A stretch of DNA of 64,000 nucleotides from Escherichia coli (lineage in GTDB: Bacteria > Pseudomonadota > Gammaproteobacteria > Enterobacterales > Enterobacteriaceae), in NCBI RefSeq assembly GCF_003018235.1, contig NZ_CP027437.1; one strand, given 5' to 3'. Position 1 is the first letter of the stretch, and every line of letters begins with the position of its first letter. Position numbers and translations under genes: made by a program. The notes beneath the pieces were generated by a model. It was not told where the DNA came from. It saw only the letters and a list, made by a program, of their open reading frames with translations, and searched no databases. Shown one piece after another: positions 22,464-36,653 of this stretch.

Positions 22464-23327
22464 TTATTCAATGTTCTGAATCTGCTCGCGCATCTGCTCA
22501 ATCAACACTTTCAGCTCAATCGCGGAGTTTGTCACTTCGGCATTGATAGACTTCGAAGCAAGAGTGTTCGACTCGCGGTTGAACTCCTGCATCATAAAGT
22601 CCAGACGACGGCCAACCGCTTCTTTTTTCTTCAGAATGTTGTAGGTCTCTTTGACATGCGCTTCGAGGCGGTCCAGTTCTTCGGCAACATCAATTCGTTG
22701 TGCCAGCAGAACCAACTCCTGCTCCAGGCGGTTGTTTTCCAGTTGCACTTGAGCATCTTCCAGCTTCGCGACCAGACGCTCACGCTGCCATTGCAGGATT
22801 TCCGGCATATGGGCGCGGACTTTGACTACTTCGGCGGTGACGCCTTCCAGACGCTGCTCGATCAATGCTTTCAGCGCCTGACCTTCGGTTTCGCGCGCGA
22901 CGATAAAGTCGTCCAGCGCACCATCCAGCGCCGCGAGAATTTCAGCGGCTATCGCGTCGAGATCCTGCTCCTGGGCTGCCATTACGCCCGGCCAGCGCAG
23001 AATATCAACCGGGTTGATTTCCCCTTCGTCACTCTGCATTTTTACCCAGTTCGCAGCAGTAACCAGCTGTTTAGCCAGTTTTTCGTTGAGGATCAGCTCA
23101 CCTTGCGCGCTGACATCTGGCTCATAGCGCAGGGTACATTCCACTTTACCGCGCGTCAGGCGAGAACGAATACGCTCGCGAACGACAGGTTCAAGGCTAC
23201 GGAACTGCTCCGGCAGACGAAAGTAAGTTTCCAGATAACGCTGGTTTACCGAGCGCATTTCCCAGGTTGCGCTCCCCCATTCACCCTTGATTTCACGCCG
23301 GGCGTAGGCGGTCATACTGCGGATCAT
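22464..23327 (-). CDS. yicC: YicC-family stress-induced protein (UPF0701)
   Basis: 287 aa; synteny between dinD and rph. Confidence 0.85.
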   Translation of the reverse strand: MIRSMTAYARREIKGEWGSATWEMRSVNQRYLETYFRLPEQFRSLEPVVRERIRSRLTRGKVECTLRYEPDVSAQGELILNEKLAKQLVTAANWVKMQSDEGEINPVDILRWPGVMAAQEQDLDAIAAEILAALDGALDDFIVARETEGQALKALIEQRLEGVTAEVVKVRAHMPEILQWQRERLVAKLEDAQVQLENNRLEQELVLLAQRIDVAEELDRLEAHVKETYNILKKKEAVGRRLDFMMQEFNRESNTLASKSINAEVTNSAIELKVLIEQMREQIQNIE

Positions 23328-23453
23328 AGACGTTCCTGTTTATAAAAGGAGAGGTGGAAGGATTATAGCCATCGATGCCTTGTCAGGATAGGAATAACCG
23401 CCGGAAGTCCGTATAATGCGCAGCCACATTTGTTTCAAGCCGGAGATTTCAAT

Positions 23454-24170
23454 ATGCGTCCAGCAGGCCGTAGCAATAATCAGGTGCGTCCCGTTACCCT
23501 GACTCGTAACTATACAAAACATGCAGAAGGCTCGGTGCTGGTCGAATTTGGCGATACCAAAGTGTTGTGTACCGCCTCTATTGAAGAAGGCGTGCCGCGC
23601 TTCCTGAAAGGTCAGGGCCAGGGCTGGATCACCGCAGAGTACGGCATGCTGCCACGCTCTACCCACACCCGTAACGCGCGTGAAGCGGCGAAAGGTAAGC
23701 AGGGTGGACGCACCATGGAAATCCAGCGTCTGATCGCCCGTGCTCTTCGCGCGGCAGTAGATTTGAAAGCGCTGGGTGAGTTCACCATTACGCTGGACTG
23801 CGACGTGCTTCAGGCTGATGGTGGCACTCGTACCGCGTCGATTACAGGTGCCTGCGTGGCGCTGGCAGATGCGCTACAGAAGCTGGTGGAAAACGGTAAG
23901 CTGAAAACCAATCCGATGAAAGGGATGGTAGCCGCGGTTTCTGTCGGGATTGTGAACGGCGAAGCGGTTTGCGATCTGGAATACGTTGAAGACTCTGCCG
24001 CAGAGACCGACATGAACGTAGTGATGACCGAAGACGGGCGCATCATTGAAGTGCAGGGGACGGCAGAAGGCGAACCGTTTACCCACGAAGAATTACTCAC
24101 CTTGTTGGCTCTGGCCCGAGGGGGAATCGAATCCATTGTAGCGACGCAGAAGGCGGCGCTGGCAAACTGA
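23454..24170 (+). CDS. rph: Ribonuclease PH (full-length)
   Basis: 238 aa from [16 protein letters not shown]; intact C-terminus (no K-12 rph-1 frameshift). Confidence 0.9.
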   Translation: MRPAGRSNNQVRPVTLTRNYTKHAEGSVLVEFGDTKVLCTASIEEGVPRFLKGQGQGWITAEYGMLPRSTHTRNAREAAKGKQGGRTMEIQRLIARALRAAVDLKALGEFTITLDCDVLQADGGTRTASITGACVALADALQKLVENGKLKTNPMKGMVAAVSVGIVNGEAVCDLEYVEDSAAETDMNVVMTEDGRIIEVQGTAEGEPFTHEELLTLLALARGGIESIVATQKAALAN

Positions 24171-24177
24171 TTTTTAA

Positions 24178-24203
24178 GGCGACTGATGAGTCGCCTTTTT
24201 TTT
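24178..24203 (+). terminator. rph-pyrE intercistronic attenuator (rho-independent hairpin + T8)
   Basis: GGCGAC-TGATGA-GTCGCC followed by TTTTTTTT, 7 nt after rph stop. Confidence 0.7.
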
Positions 24204-24235
24204 GTCTGTAGAAAAGTAAGATGAGGAGCGAAGGC

Positions 24236-24877
24236 ATGAAACCATATCAGCGCCAGTTTATTGAATTTGCGCTTAGCAAGCAGGTGTTAAAGTTTGGCGA
24301 GTTTACGCTGAAATCCGGGCGCAAAAGCCCCTATTTCTTCAACGCCGGGCTGTTTAATACCGGGCGCGATCTGGCACTGTTAGGCCGTTTTTACGCTGAA
24401 GCATTGGTGGATTCCGGCATTGAGTTCGATCTGCTGTTTGGCCCTGCTTACAAAGGGATCCCGATTGCGACCACTACCGCCGTGGCGCTGGCGGAGCATC
24501 ATGACCTTGACCTGCCGTACTGCTTTAACCGCAAAGAGGCAAAAGACCACGGTGAAGGCGGCAATCTGGTTGGTAGCGCGTTACAAGGACGCGTAATGCT
24601 GGTAGATGATGTGATCACCGCCGGAACGGCGATCCGCGAGTCGATGGAAATTATTCAGGCCAATGGCGCGACGCTTGCTGGCGTATTGATTTCGCTCGAT
24701 CGTCAGGAACGGGGGCGCGGCGAGATTTCGGCAATTCAGGAAGTTGAGCGTGATTACAACTGCAAAGTGATCTCTATCATCACCCTGAAAGACCTGATTG
24801 CTTACCTGGAAGAGAAGCCGGAAATGGCGGAACATCTGGCGGCGGTTAAGGCCTATCGCGAAGAGTTCGGCGTTTAA
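24236..24877 (+). CDS. pyrE: Orotate phosphoribosyltransferase
   Basis: 213 aa from [13 protein letters not shown]. Confidence 0.95.
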
Positions 24878-24884
24878 AGAAACT

Positions 24885-24908
24885 CGCCGGATGAAAAGTC
24901 ATCCGGCG
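24885..24908. terminator. Bidirectional hairpin between convergent pyrE and slmA
   Basis: CGCCGGATGA / (T)CATCCGGCG inverted repeat. Confidence 0.5.
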
Positions 24909-24913
24909 TCATA

Positions 24914-25510
24914 TTACTGCAACTGTGCGGCAATTAGCGGCCAGCGGGCGTCAAAATCATCCGTCGGGCGGTATTTAAACTCGCTGCGGACAAAGCGTGA
25001 CAGCATACCTTCACAGAAGGCCAGGATCTGGCTTGCCAGCAGGGTTTCATCAGTGGTGTAACCTTCACCCTCACGCATTCTCTTTTCGCGCAATACCTGA
25101 CGCAACTGCGCTTCAATACGCTCGAACAGCTGGTTGATGCGCCCTTGCAGGCGATCCTGTTCAAACATTAGTGCATGACCAGTGAGGATGCGGGTCAGGC
25201 CAGGATTACGCTCACCAAAACCGAGAAGCAGCAACACAATCAGACGCAGGCGCGCTGTGGTGTCCTTCTCATCTTTCAGAATCAGATTGATGCGAGTAAT
25301 CAGGCTATCTTCGATAAACTCAATCAGGCTATCGAACATGCGGGTCTTACTGGGGAAGTGGCGATACAGTGCCGCTTCGGAAACGCCGACAGAGGCGGCC
25401 AGTTTTGCCGTCGTGATACGTTGGCTTCCATCGCTGGATTCCAGCATCAGCGCCAGAGACTGAAGTATTTCCTCGCGACGGTTCCTTTTCGCAGTTTGTT
25501 TTTCTGCCAT
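24914..25510 (-). CDS. slmA: Nucleoid occlusion factor SlmA (TetR family)
   Basis: 198 aa from [16 protein letters not shown]. Confidence 0.9.
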
Positions 25511-25616
25511 GTTACAAAATACCCCTGAAAATAAGCACTTGCCAGGCGGCACCCACGCTATGACCGCAAACGAAATGTTTGCGGCTATGTTATGACGTTA
25601 TTCGGATGCGTATGTG

Positions 25617-26075
25617 TTACTGACGACCAGAGTGACCAAAGCCGCCTTCACCGCGGTCGGTGGCGTCGAAATCTTCCACCAGATTAAATTCAGCCTGTAC
25701 TACCGGAACAAAAATCATCTGGGCGATGCGTTCGCCAGGTTGAATGGTGAAGCTGTCCTGACCACGGTTCCACACGGAAATCATCAACTGGCCCTGATAG
25801 TCGGAATCGATCAATCCTACCAGGTTACCAAGCACGATACCGTGCTTATGTCCCAATCCGGAGCGCGGCAGCATCATTGCCGCCAGTGAAGGATCGGCAA
25901 TATGAATCGCCAGCCCGGTCGGAACCAGCGTAGTGTCACCCGGAGCCAGTTCTACGGCGTCGTCGAGACAGGCACGCAGGTCAAGTCCGGCTGAGCCAGA
26001 GGTGGCATAAGTCGGGAGCGGAAATTCCTTCCCAACGCGCGGGTCCAGAATCTTAACGTCGATTTTTTTCATCAT
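25617..26075 (-). CDS. dut: dUTP diphosphatase
   Basis: 152 aa [15 protein letters not shown]. Confidence 0.95.
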
Positions 26076-27273
26076 AACGGGTCACGATCTCGTCGAGTAA
26101 TAATTGGCCAAGGAGCTCTTTGCGCTCAAGCGGTAAGACTTTATCTCCGTCCTGCCAGAAAAGGTGTAATGCGTTGTTGTCGCTGTTAAATCCTTGAGTT
26201 GGCTGGGAAACATCGTTCGCGCAGATCAGATCAAGGTTTTTACGGATACGTTTTTGCCGGGCGTATTCTTCCACATTATTTGTTTCGGCGGCAAATCCAA
26301 CGACGTAGGGTCGATGGTCTTTTAGTGCGGCAACGCCTGCGACGATATCGGGGTTTTTAACCATTTTTATTGTTAATTCATCACCCTGCGTGGCCTGCTT
26401 TTTGATTTTCTCTGGGGCCACGGTAGCTGCGCGATAATCCGCCACGGCGGCACAGCCGATAAAAATATTTTGCTGCTGTACAGAAGCATTCACGGCCGCT
26501 TCCATTTCCAGCGCGGTCATCACATCAACACGTTTAACAAACGGTGGCGTCGGTAGTGAAACCGGACCTGATACCAGCGTGACGTTCGCGCCACGACGGG
26601 CAGCGGCGGCGGCGATAGCAAAACCCATCTTGCCTGAGCTGTGATTAGAGATATAACGCACCGGATCGAGCGGTTCACGCGTCGGGCCGGCGGTAATCAT
26701 AATGTTCAGATGTTTCAGGTCGTTGACGGGCGAAAAATACGCTACCGCCATATCAACAATGGTTAACGGATCGAGCATTCGCCCAGGGCCGATATCACCA
26801 CAAGCCTGACTGCCACTGTCTGGCCCCCAGATGAGCAAACCACGGGAAGCAAGCACCTCTAAATTATGCTGCGTGGCAGCGGCACGGTACATCTGCTGGT
26901 TCATGGCGGGGAGCACGGCTACAGGCGCAGGTGTGGCCAGACAAATCGTCGATACCAGATCATTCGCCATTCCGGCAGCAACACGGGCAATCAAATCTGC
27001 CGTGGCAGGGGCGAGAATCACTAAATCAGCCCATTTACCCAGCTCAATATGGCCCATAGCGGCTTCGGCTGCCGGGTCCAGCAGACTGTCGGAAACGGGA
27101 TAACCAGAAACCGCCTGCAAGCTAAGTGGGGTGATAAAGGCTTTTGCCGCTTCGGTCATGGCTACGCGGACGTCGGCCCCGCGATCGCGCAAACGACGCA
27201 CCAGTTCAGGGGTTTTATAGGCAGCAATACCGCCGCTGACGCCGAGAACGATTTTTTTACCGGCCAGGCTCAT
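26053..27273 (-). CDS. coaBC: Bifunctional phosphopantothenoylcysteine decarboxylase / phosphopantothenate-cysteine ligase
   Basis: 406 aa from [20 protein letters not shown]; overlaps dut start. Confidence 0.9.
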
Positions 27274-27438
27274 GATGATTTTTCCTGTTGGGTGACACCA
27301 GAAGTTGGCGATTTTATCACAATACTTTTGTTGTCGTGCCTTCACCTGAGAATCACTTTGCGAGGCGCTTTCCAGGATTGAAAACTGGCCGTCGATTTAA
27401 CGGAACGGCTATGACAGGATGCGAGCACCACAAAGGAG

Positions 27439-28113
27439 GTGAAGGTGAAAAACAATGCACAGCTGTTGATGCCGCGCGAAAAAATGCTGAAGTTTGGTAT
27501 TAGCGCCTTAACGGATGTCGAGCTGCTGGCGCTATTTCTGCGTACCGGAACGCGCGGTAAAGATGTGTTAACCCTGGCAAAAGAGATGCTGGAGAGTTTC
27601 GGCTCTCTTTATGGCTTGTTAACTTCTGAATATGAACAATTTAGTGGCGTTCATGGAATTGGCGTGGCGAAATTTGCCCAGTTAAAGGGGATTGCCGAAC
27701 TGGCGCGGCGTTACTACAACGTGCGGATGCGTGAAGAAAGCCCGTTACTCAGCCCGGAGATGACGAGGGAATTTTTACAAAGTCAGCTCACGGGCGAGGA
27801 GCGGGAGATCTTTATGGTGATCTTTCTCGACTCCCAACACAGGGTTATAACGCATAGCCGTCTTTTTTCCGGCACGCTAAACCATGTTGAAGTCCATCCT
27901 CGGGAAATTGTCCGTGAAGCAATAAAAATAAATGCCTCGGCGCTGATCCTTGCACATAATCACCCTTCGGGTTGTGCTGAACCCAGTAAAGCGGATAAAC
28001 TCGTCACCGAACGGATAATAAAAAGTTGTCAGTTCATGGATTTACGCGTGCTCGACCATATCGTGATTGGGCGTGGAGAGTATGTTTCTTTTGCCGAACG
28101 CGGCTGGATTTAA
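27439..28113 (+). CDS. yicR: RadC-like JAB-domain protein (UPF0758)
   Basis: 224 aa; HNHPSG JAMM motif. Confidence 0.85.
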   Translation: MKVKNNAQLLMPREKMLKFGISALTDVELLALFLRTGTRGKDVLTLAKEMLESFGSLYGLLTSEYEQFSGVHGIGVAKFAQLKGIAELARRYYNVRMREESPLLSPEMTREFLQSQLTGEEREIFMVIFLDSQHRVITHSRLFSGTLNHVEVHPREIVREAIKINASALILAHNHPSGCAEPSKADKLVTERIIKSCQFMDLRVLDHIVIGRGEYVSFAERGWI

Positions 28114-28308
28114 CCCGCTATGCGCGATCCTTCGGGATCTTTGTCTGTTCGGGACTTGAGCACATCGCTGAGTCAGCGTATACTACGCCACCTTTGAGAA
28201 TCTCGGGTTTGGCATTTGGGCCTGGCAATCGAGAGTTCACATAGAACTGCGATGACCGGGCTGTAAAGCCTGACGAGGCGCCAATACCCCATACGAAGCT
28301 CGAGCTAA

Positions 28309-28566
<258 letters not shown>

Positions 28567-28583
28567 GTACTTAGAGGAAATAA

Positions 28584-28754
<171 letters not shown>

Positions 28755-28778
28755 TTCTCGCTTTGATGTAACGAAAAA

Positions 28779-28800
28779 CCTCGCTCCGGCGGGGTTTTTT
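28779..28800 (+). terminator. Rho-independent terminator after rpmG
   Basis: 6-bp stem (one G-U) with UCCG tetraloop followed by T6. Confidence 0.6.
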
Positions 28801-28851
28801 GTTATCTGCCTGCCCCCATATTGATTGCATCTGTTCATTCCTGGAGATGCT

Positions 28852-29661
28852 ATGCCTGAATTACCCGAAGTTGAAACCAGCCGTCGCGGCATAGAACCGC
28901 ATCTCGTTGGTGCAACCATTCTTCATGCGGTGGTGCGCAACGGACGCTTGCGCTGGCCGGTTTCAGAAGAGATCTACCGTTTAAGCGACCAACCAGTGCT
29001 TAGCGTGCAGCGGCGGGCTAAATATCTGCTGCTGGAGCTGCCTGAGGGCTGGATTATCATTCATTTGGGGATGTCTGGCAGCCTGCGCATCCTTCCAGAA
29101 GAACTTCCCCCTGAAAAGCATGACCATGTTGATTTGGTGATGAGCAACGGTAAAGTGCTGCGCTACACCGATCCGCGCCGCTTTGGTGCCTGGCTGTGGA
29201 CCAAAGAGCTGGAAGGGCATAATGTGCTGGCCCATCTTGGACCGGAGCCGCTTAGCGACGATTTCAACGGTGAGTATCTGCATCAGAAGTGCGCGAAGAA
29301 AAAAACGGCGATTAAACCGTGGCTGATGGATAACAAGCTGGTGGTAGGGGTAGGGAATATCTATGCCAGCGAATCTCTGTTTGCGGCGGGGATCCATCCG
29401 GATCGGCTGGCGTCATCACTGTCGCTGGCAGAGTGTGAATTGTTAGCTCGGGTGATTAAAGCGGTGTTGCTGCGTTCGATTGAGCAGGGTGGTACAACGC
29501 TGAAAGATTTTCTGCAAAGTGATGGTAAACCGGGCTATTTCGCGCAGGAATTGCAGGTTTACGGGCGAAAAGGCGAGCCGTGTCGGGTGTGCGGTACGCC
29601 GATTGTGGCGACTAAACATGCGCAGCGGGCAACGTTTTATTGTCGGCAGTGCCAGAAGTAA
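28852..29661 (+). CDS. mutM: Formamidopyrimidine-DNA glycosylase
   Basis: 269 aa from [14 protein letters not shown]-terminal zinc finger CRVCGTP...CRQC. Confidence 0.9.
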
Positions 29662-29670
29662 TTGATGCGA

Positions 29671-29692
29671 GCCGGATGGCATACCATCCGGC
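29671..29692. repeat. REP-like palindrome / bidirectional terminator between mutM and coaD
   Basis: GCCGGATGG-CATA-CCATCCGGC perfect inverted repeat. Confidence 0.4.
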
Positions 29693-29699
29693 ATAAACG

Positions 29700-31464
<1,765 letters not shown>

Positions 31465-31788
31465 AGTAAATAGCTGACTTATGGATGTGCTGGGGATTCT
31501 ATGTATTTAGCTGTGGCTTTACCATTACTTTTCCCGTTTTTGACTTAAATAGCAATTTACCCGCCAATTCTTGCTGAACATCTATACTTTTTTTGTATTT
31601 TTATGCGATTCATTGATTTCTGCAGTACGTGCAGGAAGGAATCGCAGAGCAACAGTGAAAGAATATGGTTGCTAATGATTTTATTTGATTGATTTCTTTA
31701 TTGAAAATCAACAATGTGCTTAAAAATCATTCGGGTCGGATTGCCGCGAAAGAAGTGATACACTAGCGCGTCAATATCAGTGCGGTAT

Positions 31789-31827
31789 CAGTATTCAGGT
31801 AGCTGTTGAGCCTGGGGCGGTAGCGTG
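31789..31827 (+). promoter_or_regulatory. JUMPStart sequence with ops element (GGCGGTAGCGTG at 31816-31827) in waaQ operon leader; RfaH antitermination site
   Basis: Exact match to the ops consensus GGCGGTAGnnTG, about 50 nt upstream of waaQ. Confidence 0.7.
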
Positions 31828-31876
31828 CTTTTTCTGCTTCACCTTAATCGGATAATCTCAACAAAAAGAGTTACTT

Positions 31877-32935
31877 GTGGATAAGCCATTTCGAAGAATT
31901 TTGCTCATTAAGATGCGTTTTCATGGGGATATGTTATTAACTACTCCCGTCATTAGTTCGCTGAAAAAAAATTACCCTGACGCAAAAATCGATGTGCTGC
32001 TTTATCAGGACACCATCCCGATCCTGTCTGAAAATCCAGAGATTAACGCGCTCTACGGCATAAAAAATAAAAAAGCAAAAGCCTCAGAAAAAATCGCCAA
32101 CTTTTTTCATCTCATCAAGGTATTACGTGCCAATAAGTATGACCTTATCGTCAATCTTACCGATCAATGGATGGTTGCTATACTGGTTCGCTTATTAAAT
32201 GCCCGTGTGAAAATTTCCCAGGATTATCATCATCGGCAGTCTGCTTTTTGGCGTAAAAGTTTCACCCATTTGGTGCCGTTGCAGGGTGGAAATGTGGTGG
32301 AAAGTAACTTATCCGTGCTGACACCATTGGGACTTGATTCGTTGGTGAAGCAGACAACCATGAGTTACCCGCCTGCAAGCTGGAAACGTATGCGTCGCGA
32401 ACTTGATCACGCTGGTGTTGGACAAAATTATGTGGTTATCCAACCTACGGCGCGGCAAATCTTCAAATGCTGGGACAACGCCAAGTTTTCCGCTGTGATT
32501 GATGCCTTACATGCTCGTGGTTATGAAGTCGTTCTGACGTCCGGCCCAGATAAAGACGATCTGGCCTGCGTCAATGAAATTGCGCAGGGATGCCAGACGC
32601 CACCAGTAACGGCGCTGGCCGGAAAGGTGACCTTCCCGGAACTTGGTGCGTTAATCGATCATGCGCAGCTGTTTATTGGCGTTGATTCCGCACCGGCGCA
32701 TATTGCCGCAGCAGTTAATACGCCGCTGATATCGCTGTTTGGTGCGACAGACCATATTTTCTGGCGTCCCTGGTCAAATAACATGATTCAATTCTGGGCG
32801 GGAGATTACCGGGAAATGCCAACGCGCGATCAGCGTGACCGAAATGAGATGTATCTTTCGGTTATTCCGGCGGCAGATGTCATTGCTGCTGTCGATAAAT
32901 TACTGCCCTCCTCCACGACAGGTACGTCGTTATGA
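31877..32935 (+). CDS. waaQ: LPS heptosyltransferase III
   Basis: GT9 heptosyltransferase; start ambiguous (GTG 31877, TTG 31901 or ATG 31913). Confidence 0.85.
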   Translation: MDKPFRRILLIKMRFHGDMLLTTPVISSLKKNYPDAKIDVLLYQDTIPILSENPEINALYGIKNKKAKASEKIANFFHLIKVLRANKYDLIVNLTDQWMVAILVRLLNARVKISQDYHHRQSAFWRKSFTHLVPLQGGNVVESNLSVLTPLGLDSLVKQTTMSYPPASWKRMRRELDHAGVGQNYVVIQPTARQIFKCWDNAKFSAVIDALHARGYEVVLTSGPDKDDLACVNEIAQGCQTPPVTALAGKVTFPELGALIDHAQLFIGVDSAPAHIAAAVNTPLISLFGATDHIFWRPWSNNMIQFWAGDYREMPTRDQRDRNEMYLSVIPAADVIAAVDKLLPSSTTGTSL

Positions 32936-34056
32936 TCGTTGCTTTTTGTTTATATAAATATTTTCCCTTTGGCGGTTTGCAGCGCGATTTTATGCGTATT
33001 GCTCAGACAGTCGCCGCCCGAGGTCATCATGTTCGGGTTTATACCCAGTCGTGGGAAGGCGAATGCCCTGATGTATTTGAACTGATCAAAGTGCCGGTTA
33101 AATCGCATACCAATCACGGGCGCAATGCGGAGTATTTTGCCTGGGTGCAAAAACATTTACGCGAACATCCCGTCGATAAAGTCGTTGGATTCAACAAAAT
33201 GCCGGGGCTGGACGTTTATTATGCCGCTGATGTTTGTTATGCCGAGAAAGTAGCGCAGGAGAAAGGCTTTTTCTATCGCCTGACGTCACGTTATCGCCAT
33301 TATGCCGCCTTTGAGCGGGCAACCTTCGAACAGGGTAAGCCGACACAGCTGCTGATGCTGACAGATAAGCAAATCGCCGATTTCCAGAAACATTATCAGA
33401 CTGAAGCGGAGCGTTTTCATATTCTGCCACCGGGGATTTACCCTGATCGTAAATATAGCCAGCAGCCAGCCAATAGCCGTGAAATCTTCCGTAAGAAGAA
33501 TGGAATAACCGAACAGCAATATTTATTGTTGCAGGTCGGTTCAGACTTCACGCGTAAAGGTGTCGATCGTTCCATTGAAGCACTTGCTTCGTTACCGGAT
33601 TCGCTGCGCCACAACACATTGCTATATGTTGTTGGGCAGGATAAACCGCGAAAATTTGAGGCGCTGGCAGAAAAACGCGGCGTGCGCAGTAATGTTCACT
33701 TCTTCTCGGGGCGCAACGATGTCTCGGAATTAATGGCGGCGGCGGATTTATTACTGCATCCTGCCTACCAGGAAGCGGCGGGAATTGTGCTGCTGGAAGC
33801 GATTACTGCAGGATTACCGGTACTAACAACAGCCGTTTGTGGCTATGCGCCTTATATTGTCGAGGCCAATTGCGGCGAGGCTATTGCTGAGCCATTCCGC
33901 CAGGAAACATTGAATGAGATTTTACGCAAAGCGTTAACGCAATTTTCATTGCGCCAGGCCTGGGCGGAAAATGCGCGACATTATGCTGATACACAAGATT
34001 TATACAGTCTGCCAGAGAAAGCGGCGGACATCATAACGGGTGGTCTGGATGGTTGA
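32932..34056 (+). CDS. waaG: LPS glucosyltransferase I (GT4)
   Basis: 374 aa [20 protein letters not shown]. Confidence 0.95.
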   Translation: MIVAFCLYKYFPFGGLQRDFMRIAQTVAARGHHVRVYTQSWEGECPDVFELIKVPVKSHTNHGRNAEYFAWVQKHLREHPVDKVVGFNKMPGLDVYYAADVCYAEKVAQEKGFFYRLTSRYRHYAAFERATFEQGKPTQLLMLTDKQIADFQKHYQTEAERFHILPPGIYPDRKYSQQPANSREIFRKKNGITEQQYLLLQVGSDFTRKGVDRSIEALASLPDSLRHNTLLYVVGQDKPRKFEALAEKRGVRSNVHFFSGRNDVSELMAAADLLLHPAYQEAAGIVLLEAITAGLPVLTTAVCGYAPYIVEANCGEAIAEPFRQETLNEILRKALTQFSLRQAWAENARHYADTQDLYSLPEKAADIITGGLDG

Positions 34057-34846
34057 ACTTAAAGAGCCGTTTGCCACGTTATGGCGCGGAAAAGATCCTT
34101 TTGAGGAAGTTAAAACTTTGCAGGGTGAGGTATTTCGTGAACTGGAAACTCGCCGTACTCTACGCTTTGAAATGGCGGGCAAAAGCTATTTTCTCAAATG
34201 GCATCGCGGCACGACCCTGAAAGAGATAATCAAAAATTTACTCTCATTGCGGATGCCAGTATTAGGCGCAGACCGCGAATGGAATGCGATTCATCGACTG
34301 CGGGATGTCGGCGTTGATACTATGTATGGGGTGGCATTCGGCGAAAAAGGCATTAATCCGCTCACCAGAACCTCGTTTATTATAACCGAAGATCTGACAC
34401 CAACCATCAGTCTGGAAGATTACTGTGCTGACTGGGCGACTAACCCACCAGATGTTCGCGTAAAGCGTATGCTTATTAAGCGTGTCGCGACGATGGTGCG
34501 CGATATGCATGCTGCGGGCATTAACCACCGTGACTGTTATATCTGTCATTTCCTGCTGCACTTGCCTTTTTCCGGTAAGGAAGAGGAGTTAAAAATTTCG
34601 GTAATTGACCTGCACCGGGCGCAGCTTCGCACGCGCGTTCCACGTCGTTGGCGCGATAAAGATCTTATAGGGCTTTATTTTTCTTCGATGAATATTGGCC
34701 TGACTCAGCGGGATATCTGGCGGTTTATGAAAGTGTATTTTGTCGCCCCGCTTAAAGACATTCTCAAGCAGGAACAAGGGCTGCTGTCGCAAGCAGAAGC
34801 AAAAGCCACAAAAATCAGGGAAAGAACGATTAGAAAATCGTTGTAA
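34049..34846 (+). CDS. waaP: LPS core heptose(I) kinase
   Basis: 265 aa from [20 protein letters not shown]. Confidence 0.9.
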   Translation: MVELKEPFATLWRGKDPFEEVKTLQGEVFRELETRRTLRFEMAGKSYFLKWHRGTTLKEIIKNLLSLRMPVLGADREWNAIHRLRDVGVDTMYGVAFGEKGINPLTRTSFIITEDLTPTISLEDYCADWATNPPDVRVKRMLIKRVATMVRDMHAAGINHRDCYICHFLLHLPFSGKEEELKISVIDLHRAQLRTRVPRRWRDKDLIGLYFSSMNIGLTQRDIWRFMKVYFVAPLKDILKQEQGLLSQAEAKATKIRERTIRKSL

Positions 34847-34888
34847 CCCGTAACTTATTTTTGCCAAAATTTTGGATACAGAATAAAT

Positions 34889-35896
34889 ATGTCTCAACTC
34901 AATGATAGTGACATCATCCTTTTTGAGTATAACTTTCATTATCAAAATATAAGATCTAAAAATACTCTTGATATCGCATTTGGTATTGACAGAAATTTTC
35001 TTTTTGGATGTGGTGTAGCCATCGCATCTATTCTATTAAACAATAGCGAAATCTCTTGTGAATTTCATGTTTTCACAGATTATATCAGTGATAAAGACAA
35101 GTTATATTTTTCCGATTTAGCAAAACAATATAATTCAAGAATTAATATTTATGTAATCAATTGTGATAAACTGAAGTCATTACCAAGCACGAAAAACTGG
35201 ACTTACGCAACATATTTTCGATTTATAATTGCAGATTATTTCTATCATAAACATGAAAAAATACTATATCTTGATGCAGATATTGCTTGCAAGGGTAGTA
35301 TTAAAGAACTCTTAGATTATCAATTTTCTCCTAATGAAATTGCCGCAGTTGTAGCTGAAAGAGATGTTGAATGGTGGCAAAATCGAGCCTCGGTATTAAC
35401 TACACCACAGTTAGCTTCTGGATATTTCAATGCTGGTTTTTTACTGATAAATATTGATGAGTGGAATCTAAATAACATTTCGTCAAAAGCTATTGAAATG
35501 TTGCGTGATCCAGATTGGGTAAGTAAAATTACCCACCTTGATCAAGATGTACTGAATGTATTATTGAATGGTAAAGTGAAGTTTATTTCGGGGAAATATA
35601 ATACCCGATATAGTATTAACTACGAATTAAAAGACAAAGTTGATAATCCAGTCAATGATGACACCGTGTTTATACACTATGTGGGACCTACAAAACCCTG
35701 GCATGAGTGGGCTGATTATCCGGTGTCACGTAGTTTTTTGATCGCCAAGGCAGCTTCTCCGTGGAGTAAAGAAGATTTACTTAAACCTGTAAATAGCAAT
35801 CAGTATCGGTATTGTGCAAAACATAAATTTAAACAAAAGCATTATATGGCAGGCATTTTTAATTATTTAAAGTATTATAAAGAAAAATGTTTCTAA
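34889..35896 (+). CDS. waaI: LPS outer-core alpha-1,3-hexosyltransferase (GT8)
   Basis: 335 aa; GT8 motifs (YLDADI, HY.G..KPW); low GC; symbol assumes R3-type order. Confidence 0.65.
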   Translation: MSQLNDSDIILFEYNFHYQNIRSKNTLDIAFGIDRNFLFGCGVAIASILLNNSEISCEFHVFTDYISDKDKLYFSDLAKQYNSRINIYVINCDKLKSLPSTKNWTYATYFRFIIADYFYHKHEKILYLDADIACKGSIKELLDYQFSPNEIAAVVAERDVEWWQNRASVLTTPQLASGYFNAGFLLINIDEWNLNNISSKAIEMLRDPDWVSKITHLDQDVLNVLLNGKVKFISGKYNTRYSINYELKDKVDNPVNDDTVFIHYVGPTKPWHEWADYPVSRSFLIAKAASPWSKEDLLKPVNSNQYRYCAKHKFKQKHYMAGIFNYLKYYKEKCF

Positions 35897-35921
35897 AGAT
35901 TTAAGGTTAAAATAATTCATT

Positions 35922-36629
35922 ATGATATATAATAAAACGATAAACGGATTGAAAGTTTTCATAAAAGATAATGATCCCTTTTATGAGCAAGTTCTGAATG
36001 ACTTTTTAACTTGCAGGGTTAAAACATTAAAAGTTTTTCGTTCTATTGATGATACTAAAGTCATTCTTATTGACACTGCTCGTGGACCTCTTGTACTTAA
36101 AGTTTATGCGCCAAAGCATAAAATGATCGAACGTTTCTTAAAATCTTGCATAAAAAAAGATTATTATGAAAATTTAATTTATCAAACCGATCGGGTACGT
36201 GGTGAAGGCGTTCAATCAATTAATGACTATTTTTTGCTTGCTGAACGTAAAACATTAAATTTCGCGCATTATTATATTATGCTCATTGAGTATATTGAAG
36301 GTGTCGGGTTAAATGAGTATTTGGAAATTTCTGAAGATCTGAAGGATCAATTATCAGAATCGATAAAAGAGCTGCATCAGCATGGAATGGTGTCTGGCGA
36401 TCCTCATAAAGGAAATTTTATAGTATCCGAAAAAGGTTTAAGACTAATTGACCTTTCAGGTAAAAAAACAACCGCTGTTTTAAAAGCAAAAGATCGCATT
36501 GATCTTGAACGGCACTATAATATAAAAAATGAATTGAAAGACTTTGGCTATACATATCTTATATTCAAAAAGAAAATTAAAAAAGTAATCAGGGATGTAA
36601 AAGTCAAACTAGGATTGAAGAGCAAATAA
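35922..36629 (+). CDS. waaY: LPS core heptose(II) kinase
   Basis: 235 aa WaaY/Kdo-kinase-like protein between two GT8 genes. Confidence 0.75.
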   Translation: MIYNKTINGLKVFIKDNDPFYEQVLNDFLTCRVKTLKVFRSIDDTKVILIDTARGPLVLKVYAPKHKMIERFLKSCIKKDYYENLIYQTDRVRGEGVQSINDYFLLAERKTLNFAHYYIMLIEYIEGVGLNEYLEISEDLKDQLSESIKELHQHGMVSGDPHKGNFIVSEKGLRLIDLSGKKTTAVLKAKDRIDLERHYNIKNELKDFGYTYLIFKKKIKKVIRDVKVKLGLKSK

Positions 36630-36653
36630 TGATTATGATGAAGGGTAATTAAA

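Noticed and set aside
22656-23345. 229-aa ORF on the + strand
   Set aside because: Antisense to yicC.
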